A stretch of 64,000 bases of DNA, from NCBI GenBank assembly GCA_951406725.2, contig OX597822.1, positions 16,120,001 to 16,184,000 on the forward strand, read 5' to 3'. Shown piece after piece: positions 55,122 to 64,000 of this stretch. The translations under genes and the position numbers were made by a program. Source of the DNA: Octopus vulgaris (taxonomy: Eukaryota). Numbering within the stretch: position 1 is the first letter of the stretch; every line of letters begins with the position of its first letter. The notes beneath the pieces are model-generated. The model was given only the letters and a program-made list of their open reading frames with translations. It was not told where the DNA came from and searched no databases.

Positions 55122-56727
55122 AATCCAAACGGGAAAACAAAAAAACAACAACAATGGAACAATTACAGTATTATTATTAATAGGCGCTCAGGAAATGGAA
55201 GCAGGGAGGTATGACGTTTCGACCGGAGCTCTTCGTCGGAAACATAAAGAAGGAAGAGAGAGGAAAGAAAGATCCCAAAGCGGGCAACAGGGATAGAGAA
55301 AAAAAACGACTGGTGTTTACGAGTTACACATGGTGAAAGGCGGAAGTTTACGATAACAAGAGCAAAGTAGGTTTTTAAAGGCAAAAGAGTGGAGACAAGG
55401 TTGGTAACGCAACAGATGTGTGTGTATGTGTGAGTGTGTGCGTATGCGTGTGTGTATGTGTGTGTGTGAGGCGAGATAAAAAAAAAAAAATGTATGTGTT
55501 AGTGTGTGCGTCTGTGTGTAGGCGTGTGAGGTAGGGCGAGACAGTGGTCAGCATAGCAGACAAAGGTCAGTAGTAAGAAAAAGAAGGAAGGAGGAAGGGA
55601 GGGAGGGGAAGGGGTGGGGGCGTATGTAGCGTGCCAGCGTGTGTTGAGTAGTAGTGTGTGTGTGTGTCCAGTGTCGTGGTAGTATTAATGGCGAGTAGAT
55701 TGAATTTGTGTAAGAGTAATGTATATATTTAAGCAATGTGTGTATATGTGTGCGCGTGTGTGTAACGAAAAAGGGGGGGTTAAGGAAAAAGGACTCCAGC
55801 TGAGGGGAAGATGGAAGAGTGGTCCCGCGGAGACGGGCGTGGGAAAACCCAACGACAAGCGACGGTCCCAGGAACGGGCGGGAGGTCTCGTCGGGTCCAA
55901 GAGCGAGGTGCATGCGGCGCGTATGCGTGCGCGAACCGGCGCAAGCGCGTGTGTGCGCGCGCCTGCGAGTATGCGCGTAAGTATGTATGTGTGTGGATGT
56001 GTGAGTGTGTCTGTGTGTATGTCAGGGTGGCAGTGTGTCCGATGAATGTATGTGAGTATGTGTGTATATATGTGTGTGCATAGATGTATGTCCGTGTGTG
56101 TGTGTGTGTGTGTATGTGTATGAGTGTGTATGTATGTACGTGTGGGTGTGGGGAAGTGTGTGTATGTGCATGTGTGTGCGCGTACATACAGGTGTGTGAG
56201 TGAGTGTGTGTGTGTGTATGTATGTGTGAGTGTGTATGTGTGTGCATGCATGCGTGCATGTGCGTATGTGTGTGTGTGTGCATGTGTGTGGGTATATATG
56301 TATGTGCGTATATGTGTGTGTATGTGCGTACATGTGTGTGTGTGTATGCATGTGTGTGTATGTAGGTGTGTAGGCGTGTGTGTATAGGTGTATGTATGTA
56401 AGTATGTATGGGTGTGTCCGTGGATGTGTGTGTATGTATGTGTGTATGTAGGTGTGTGGGCGTGTGTATATGTGTGTGTATGTAGGTGTGTGGGCGTGTG
56501 TATATAGGTGTATGTATGTATGTCTGGGTGTGTCCGTGCATGTTTGTGTGTGTGTGTGTATGCATGTGTATGTAGGTGTGTGTGTACGTGTGTAATGTAT
56601 GTGTGTATGCGTGTGTATGCGTGCGTGTGTGTATGTAGGTGCGTGTGTATGTGTGTGGGAGTGTAGGTGTGTGTGTGCGTGTGCGTGTTTATGTTGGTGT
56701 GTGCGTATGTGAGTGTGAGTGTATGGG

Positions 56728-56730
<3 letters not shown>
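55119..56730 (-). mobile_element. Penelope-like element remnant between (TA)n tracts, with minimal hammerhead at 55209-55243
   Basis: Reverse complement reads GTTT-CCGACGA-A-GAGC(TCC)GGTC-GAAAC-GTC-ATAC; same family as 24676-24851; the rest is CA-rich degenerate repeat plus a GC-rich island (55790-55980); far boundary uncertain. Confidence 0.55.
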
Positions 56731-56772
<42 letters not shown>

Positions 56773-57136
56773 TGTCTGTCTATCTATCTATCTAAATAAC
56801 TTTCTATCTATCTATCTATATATCAGTCCGTCTGTCTGTCTGTTTATCTATCGATATATATTTCTATCTCTGTCCACCTGTTTATCTATCGATATATCAT
56901 TCTATCTCTATCTAGCTAGCTAGCTAGCTACCTATTTATCTATCTATCAGTCTATCTGTCTATCAATGATTAGTATTAATTGTAAATGTATTATGCAAAA
57001 CTAGTAGTCAACATGAAATACTTGTAAATTCACAACAGTCTTCATATATGCGAGAAATCAGACTGCGATAAATTAGGTTTACAGAAGAAAATTCACATTA
57101 ACACAGTTTCGCATTAGCAAGATCCTCAAATGTTAC

Positions 57137-57335
57137 CCGTCGTCAGCCACGTAATAGGCGTTTCCATATCTTACGAAATAAAATTTGAATAGCTTTATAC
57201 TGTTTGATTTTACATTGAGGTCATTAAAGAATCCTAGTCCTTCAGAAAGTCAGAGGTATTGGAGTATTTAATTGTTTTTTTAAGATCTAACGACCCAACT
57301 ATCTTGTTAATACAATTCCCTCGATGTGTACCGCA
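57137..57335 (-). pseudogene. GREB1-like exon remnant (frameshifted)
   Basis: Acceptor TAATTTTCAG; GNCINKIVGSL then, after a shift, EGLGFFNDLNVKSNSIKLFKFYFVRYG matches EKLGL...MILLTIQYLVRLG. Confidence 0.55.
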
Positions 57336-57502
57336 CTGAAAATTATTCCTTAATATTTCCCATACCAGAAACTTTATGAGACATTCTTCTATATGTGCAA
57401 GCATTCTAGCCGTACTATCAACAGAATCAATAATTTAGTTAAGAATATACTATGTAGATTCCCTAAACAAGTCAACAGATTTTCCTTGGCAGACCTACTT
57501 AC

Positions 57503-57610
57503 TAAATAGATGCCCGCACAAGCAATGGATTTTGGAATGAAATCCAGTACGAAGAAAATATCTGCCTATCTGCCGGACGGAATGACCAGAACGAAAGAAA
57601 GTATAGTATG
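57503..57610 (-). pseudogene. Possible GREB1-like exon remnant
   Basis: Perfect GTAAGT donor at 57497-57502 and an AG acceptor; homology unclear. Confidence 0.25.
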
Positions 57611-58502
57611 CTATAACATGCTTATAATTTACTTGTATCAAACCAATTGCAAACAAGTATTTCTAACCTCAATATATATAGATATATATATACATATATA
57701 TATTGGTTATGCTAATACTAACCAATTTTACATAAATGCCATTTCGATTTTCTCCTACAGTAATATTTGTCCCTGATAACTAATACGGCTTATATTGGGA
57801 ATAGGGGTGGCGTTCGGGGAGGTAAATAATCAAGATATACAAGGTGACATACAAAATGATAATTTATCCATTTTATATATTGGCCTTCTTGCGATTCTTT
57901 TCGCTCAAATGTTTTCTGGAACCTATAAGTGAGAAAGAAAATTACAATTTAAAATGTAAAATGAAAAAGAAATGTAAAAGAAACCTAAAAAAGGGGAAGA
58001 AAGAAATAAAAATGGAAAGAAAAAAGTGCTCTAAGAACAGGCAAACCATACAAAGACTTAAGAAGTACGTAATACAACCCGTCAGGTGTTAACTTTAAGT
58101 TAAGAAACTTTAAGAATTGAAGATTCCAACGTTGTTCTGAAATAAAGGAAGACGAAAATGAAATATAAATGGAGAGAAGAAGATAAGACGTCTTTCTGGC
58201 CCAGGAATAATAAAATATATTAATATCATTTATGCTACAGAAGTTACATTATTTTAAATGCCGTCTTGTGAAATATGTCATTTTCTATCTTGGTATATGC
58301 TGTATTATAAACATCTGCTGAACCATTAGACTATAAATTTTGGAAGTTACAAATTAACTTCATATTGTATAAATATAATATAATGTGATAAACTGTTTGT
58401 GTATATATATATATTCAATTTTTGCCATTTATGTATATATATATATATATATATATATACAACTATAATATATATATACAACTATAATATATATATCATT
58501 AA

Positions 58503-58570
58503 ACTCCGCCGAGGTCAACTTTGCCTTTCATCCTTTCGGGGTTATTAAATTAAGTACCAGTTGCGTACGC
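58503..58570 (+). mobile_element. SINE family B core fragment
   Basis: CCGCCGAGGTCAACTTTGCCTTTCATCCTTTCGGGG..AAGTACCAG. Confidence 0.6.
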
Positions 58571-59053
58571 GCTCAGACACACACACAGACACACGAGCAC
58601 ACACACGTCGAAACCGAGGATGACTTAATGGCATGGTCCAAACACCCGTCAGTTCATTTAGGTGACAAGACAAACAGCACATATATTTCAACCCATCGGT
58701 TCATGGGCATCCCTCGTGTAACAGCTGGTAAAATCAAAGTGTGCAGCACCACTCGGCTAGTACTTCCTTATAATCTCCCGAAAGTCAAAGTCGAGATTTG
58801 TAATTCTACCGCAGAAGAATTACATAAATATAGTAACAGATTTAATCATTTTCATCCGACGTTCTGACGACTCTCTTCTCTGTGCGTATATGTATGAGTG
58901 TGTTTCTCAATGTGGGTGAGTGCGGTTATCAGTTTCACTAAATCTTGTTTATACGCTCGGCTCTGAACGGTAGTAACTGATCTCCTTCACTTGTACTTTT
59001 CTGTATACAAAGTTATTTACATCCATCCATATACCTATACATACATACAAATG

Positions 59054-59103
<50 letters not shown>

Positions 59104-59138
59104 CTTTACACACACACATAAGTATACATATATATGTA

Positions 59139-59189
<51 letters not shown>

Positions 59190-59204
59190 ATATCTATCTA
59201 TCTA

Positions 59205-59241
<37 letters not shown>

Positions 59242-59349
59242 CTATGTGTGCGTGTGTGAGTATGTGTGTTTGCTTGAGTGTGAGTTTAGGTTCAAAAGAC
59301 CTGATTATCTTCGTATGTTTATGTGTATAAGTGTGTACGTGTATGCGTA

Positions 59350-59552
59350 TGGACATGTGTAGTAATATAGTAGGAAGCGTGTGGTTGCATCTGAGATGCA
59401 ATGTTTGTGTGACTGAAAAATATCCTCTTAATATTCGGTGAATTGCATGATATTTGCAGAAAGATTTCTCTTCTTCAGACACAGAACTCGCTTTGGCTCC
59501 AAATTCGTCTTACCTCTGGCAAGGACATGTTATATATTACATGTCGTATTTT
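59350..59552 (-). pseudogene. GREB1-like exon remnant (frameshifted)
   Basis: Very strong acceptor (long pyrimidine tract + CTAG); DEFGAKA..EEKSFCKY resembles DDNGHNA..KKGFCYF; 3' boundary uncertain. Confidence 0.4.
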
Positions 59553-59617
59553 CTAGAAAACAAAATTGAAAAGCGAAAACAAGAAAAACGATAAACAACA
59601 GATTAACAGAGCTCAAC

Positions 59618-59756
59618 TCTATTCAGTGATTCAAGATGTTTCGTAGTGAGGAGAATATTTTTAATGATTTCCTGATGAAATGAGAATGTTCCTAAACTAT
59701 TTCGTCTGACATTATCGCCATAATATAGGCAACATATATGTAATGTTATCGACTGT
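59618..59756 (-). pseudogene. GREB1-like exon remnant
   Basis: Acceptor TTTTGATTTTATGCAG; CCLYYGDNVRRNSL resembles FCQAGKDLRLVSL; followed by a ~65-nt intron-like segment with a weak donor. Confidence 0.4.
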
Positions 59757-59930
59757 CTGCATAAAATCAAAACTAGAAAGCAGAACATAATTGGATAACT
59801 TGTAAGTACATCAAACGTAGTGTATGCAGGCGGTTGTCTGTGTTTGTGAGTACAAAAAAAATAACATATATTTATGTGAACACATTTATAAATAGGAATA
59901 CACACACACACATACACATATTTATTTATA

Positions 59931-60762
59931 TGTGGGGTACCCAACGTAACCGGAAACCGCACTTGATGCGTCCCTCAGGCATCAGTCTGCCGACGGGCGT
60001 TGTTCGTTGGGGTCGTACTGCCATGTGTTGCGTCTTTGTTTTGCAGTGCTTCTCCCGTGTTCGTCGATTTTTACGATGGCTAAAACGAAGGAACAGCGTG
60101 CTTCCATGAAATTCTGTATTGTGCTGAGAAAAACGGCGGCTGAAGCAATTGTCATTCTTCAGTCAGCTTACAAGGACGATGTGCCATGAGCAGAACACAA
60201 GTTTACGAGTGGTTTTCACGCTTTAAAATGTGACTTTTTGCTTGAGGACCAACCTCGTTCAGAATGACTGTCAACCGCCCGACCGAATGAAAACATCATG
60301 AAAATTCATAAACTGGTCTTGGGGGTTGTATCCTGGACCTAGTTGTATCCTGGACCTCGTGCCAATGTAGTTTGAGCGAGGACTTGCGAATGAAAAGAAT
60401 TGCAGAAACATTTGTGTCTCGTTTTCTCACGGAAAATCAAAAGCAGTCACGATTGAATGCGTGCTGTGAACTAAAAGAACCGTTGGAAGTTGATCCGGAA
60501 CTTTTTTTCAAAGGTCATCACTGGAGACGAAAGCTGGTGCTACGGAGTTTGCAGACGTGGAAGAAGTGAAGAAAAAACGACGGAGGCATTAAAAGGCATC
60601 ACTTCAAAAGAGTTCCAACACAGCTTCGAAAAGTGGGAAACGCGTCTGGAACGATGCATTGTTTCTAGTAGAGAATACTTTGAAGGGGATAAATGTGTAA
60701 ACATGTACAACTAAGTGATTATCATAATATTGCATAATTCCAGTTTCTTTTGGGTACCTCCT
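59931..60762 (+). mobile_element. Internally deleted mariner element
   Basis: TIRs GGGGTACCCAA..CCGGAA / TTCCAG..TTGGGTACCTC; MAKTKEQRASMKFC HTH, VYEWFSRFK, FVSRFLTENQK, KVITGDESWCYG, then directly the C-terminus ..W..RLERCI..EYFEGDK. Confidence 0.9.
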
Positions 60763-60949
60763 ATTTAGCCCTCTAAATCATTCTGACGATGTTTGTTAAA
60801 CTGAAAAAGAAAAATGCAAATTTATCTCGATTTGATAAACAGAAACAGCTGCAAGTGGTTCTGAACTACAATTAAACTATGACTTTTTAATACCAATGAT
60901 CAACTTCTCATTGTTAATTAATGCGCCATTACTTTTCTTTTCGTATATA

Positions 60950-61352
60950 TTGGCTGTGTGATAAGTAGCTTGTTTACCAACTGCATGGTTCCGGGTTCAG
61001 TCCCACTGCGTGACACCTTGGGCAAGTGTCTTCTACTATAGCTGCGGGCTGACCAAAGACTTGTGAGTGGATTTGGTAGATGGAAACTGAAAGAAGCCCG
61101 TCGTATATATGTATATATATATATGTGTGTGTGTGCGTGTATGTTTGTATGTCTGTGTTTGTCCCCCTAACATCGCTTGACAACCGAATGTGGTGTGTTT
61201 ATGTCCCCGTCACTTAGCGGTTCGGCAAAGGAGACCGATAGAATAAGTACTGGGCTTACAAAGAATAAGTCCCAGGGTCGAGTTGCTCGATTAAAGGCGG
61301 TGCTCCAGCATGACCGCAGTGAAATGACTGAAACAAAAGAGTAAAAGAGTAA
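60950..61352 (+). mobile_element. SINE family A
   Basis: A box TGGCTGTGTG, B box GGTTCAGTCCC, full tail. Confidence 0.88.
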
Positions 61353-61353
61353 A

Positions 61354-61447
<94 letters not shown>

Positions 61448-62060
61448 ATGTATAAAGATGCTAGATACCTGGGTTGTGTATATGTGTGTGTATGTGTAGG
61501 AATTAGTAACAAATATGTACAGGTATCGATTCATTACGGCGTTTCAAGCGGTTCCATTTAATTGATTAATGAAAACATTACATCAAGTTGAAAGAAGCCG
61601 TCCTCGTCAGCTGACCGCATAGATTTCAAACATATCGTATAAATCATTATTTTAACAAATTTACATCAATAATGGAAACCAAAATATTAACATTGTTTCC
61701 TTTTGTTATATTTGTGGCAGAATGAGTTTTGAAAATAAGGCATACCTTATTAAGCATACAGTAATTTAGAGAGTAGCAGAGAAAATAATGGTGACGTAGT
61801 CACTTATATTTAGAAGACTTTATGTAGTATATTGCCTTCAACCATTTAGAATTAAATCCATTGGGAGTTGCCACCTGTATTCTAGTGATTGGTGATAAAT
61901 CAATTGATGTCAGACAATCTACATGACTTCCAATGTACTGGAGCCATATATCCAGCTTTATCTACATAAAAGGGTAGGTTGCAAGGCTGGTAGTAAGAGA
62001 ATGTCTGATGGGGATGGACGTGCTAATTGCAAAAAAGAAATCAAATATAGGTATAAATAT

Positions 62061-62430
62061 AGGCGCAGGAGTGGCTGTGTGGTAAGTAGCTTGCCTACCA
62101 ACCACATGGTTCTGGCATCTTGGGCAAGTGTCTTCTGCTATAGTCTCGGGCCGACCAATGCCTTGTGAGTGGATTTGGTAGATACTGTATATATGTATAT
62201 GTGTGTATGTATGTGTATGTATATGTTTGTGTGTCTGTGTTTGTCCCTCTAACATTGCTTGACAACCGATGCTGGTGTGTTTACGTCCCCGTCACTTAGC
62301 GGTTCGGCAAAAGAGACCGATAGAATAAGTACTGGGCTTACAAAGAATAAGTCCCGGGGTCGATTTGCTCGACTAAAGGCGGTGCTCCAGCATGGCCGCA
62401 GTCAAATGACTGAAACAAGTAAAGAGAGAG
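62061..62430 (+). mobile_element. SINE family A (B-box region deleted)
   Basis: AGGCGCAGGAGTGGCTGTGTGG head and full tail. Confidence 0.85.
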
Positions 62431-63300
62431 ATAAAAAAATTTATGAAACATAATGTGCAATTATAAATAAAAAATATATTTTATTATACAGTCAGTTTTG
62501 TGAAGAGAAATTATAAATTCTTTATAAGCTATAGAAGCTATACAAATGTATAAGACTGTATATAAATACATTTAATAATCTACAATATAAAAAATATAAA
62601 GATTTCACAGAAATCTAATAAAATATTTCTTCAGAGAAATAAGGATAAGTCAAAATAGAATAAAATAGAATAACGATCATTTTATAAATTATGATACAAA
62701 TTATATTGAAAGAATAACTAGATATGTTGTTATTATAAAAATCACCATATAAATAAAAAATATATGTATCAAATATTAATCGGAAAAAATAAAGATATCA
62801 ATGGAAATGGGTTTCTAAGATATTTCTAAAATACATCAAATTCACTGCTCTAGGTAGAATAATAACAGATCCTAGGGGTTATGCCTTATACTTAGAGGAA
62901 GTGCAAGTTTTAGTAATCCATTGTAAATTTATATGTTATACTATGACCGAAGTGAGTTCCAATACTCAACTGGTAAATTGAGCCGACGTGGAATTGTTCT
63001 CATGTTTCTAATAAAACTTAATTTGTTACCCAACAGTTCTGCTGAGTTATCCTTATTTTCCTTTGTTTCTGAGCTTTTCAAATTTTAAAGGTAATTGACT
63101 GGCAGCCTGTATATTGAAATTACCTGTAAACACCTGCATGCTAAACGGGCTTTACTGACCAGAGTATTTTCAGAGGCATGAAGTGATGGTGGCTGGTTTT
63201 TAAATCGTTTCTATGTTAAATAATGGAGTAAATTTTTGTTGATATAATAAAGGATTATTATATTATACAGGTAGGCAGGTAGAGAGACATGGGGGATAGA

Positions 63301-63375
<75 letters not shown>

Positions 63376-63380
63376 GTAGG

Positions 63381-63461
<81 letters not shown>

Positions 63462-63537
63462 TATGAAATGAATTGACAATGAAATGGATTGATAATGACA
63501 TTAGCTGATTGCTTTCATTAGCTTGCTGTGTTCTCAC

Positions 63538-63735
63538 TCTGTCTCGCTCCTTTTTGGTATCTAACAGCAACTGCCCCAGTGTACGATTAATCACGTGTTT
63601 AGCAGCCATATTGTCAAAGCTTAAGCGCAGATTTTCAATTAAAATCGTATTTTGTATGCTAGTATTCTGTGGTGCTTCATTGAAATGTTTCTGTTTTTTC
63701 CTTCCTGCAACCAAAGATTTCCAAATAGTGTTCAT
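63538..63735 (-). pseudogene. GREB1-like putative first coding exon (66 codons)
   Basis: ATG at 63735; open [28 protein letters not shown]...[16 protein letters not shown]; donor AGA|GTGAGA; resembles the GREB1 N-terminus. Confidence 0.55.
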
Positions 63736-63880
63736 TATTCCACTTGGTCTTAGCGAAATTATTTTAATTAGGTTACATTTGATATGTTTACTTTTTGTCT
63801 TCGCACACTACGATCGTTTGAGCTGTTGTTAGAATATAAGTATGTGCATCATAAGCGTTTGTTTCTTGCGAAATATTTGC

Positions 63881-63888
63881 TTTTTATA
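63881..63888 (-). promoter_or_regulatory. Possible TATA box upstream of GREB1-like exon 1
   Basis: TATAAAAA on the minus strand ~145 bp upstream of the ATG; weak evidence in AT-rich DNA. Confidence 0.2.
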
Positions 63889-64000
63889 GTGTACGCCTCC
63901 GTTATATTCTGTTATATTCTGGTTCTTCTTGCATGCATATTATCGCAATCAAAATTTAAGTAGAAAATAAATGGTATTCCAGCTAACTCGGTGTGTCATA

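Noticed and set aside
55548-56923. HT/CV/YI-rich ORFs here and throughout the window
   Set aside because: Translations of (CA)n, (TA)n and (CATA)n repeats.
60950-61020. tRNA gene
   Set aside because: A/B boxes belong to a SINE head; no full cloverleaf or terminator, and it continues into the SINE body.

Overview
AT-rich, microsatellite-saturated animal DNA. The SINE, LINE and Penelope repertoire looks like an Octopus-type cephalopod (inference). Most listed ORFs are artefacts of simple repeats. Main result: about 15 small minus-strand exon-like segments spread from ~63.7 kb to ~1.3 kb. Many have good splice sites and compatible phases, and their translations align in order with the N-terminal half of GREB1/GREB1L as I recall it (e.g. 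RFPAIHSM..QQYSQA vs RYPRLHSM..QQYSEA). Several carry stops or frameshifts, so this looks like a decayed, intron-containing GREB1-like pseudogene continuing off the left edge. Its introns hold: Penelope-type pLTRs with hammerhead ribozymes (one canonical, two minimal U4C variants, one inside a perfect 120-bp palindrome, one decayed beside a GIY-YIG remnant); head-to-tail Helitrons with a Pif1 remnant; four R4/Dong-type RLE LINE fragments in microsatellites; a ~560-bp (TAA)n-flanked non-coding element; three mariner remnants; MITEs; and at least three tRNA-SINE families. No rRNA, true tRNA genes or CRISPR arrays were seen. All homology calls are by eye and memory; no searches were run.
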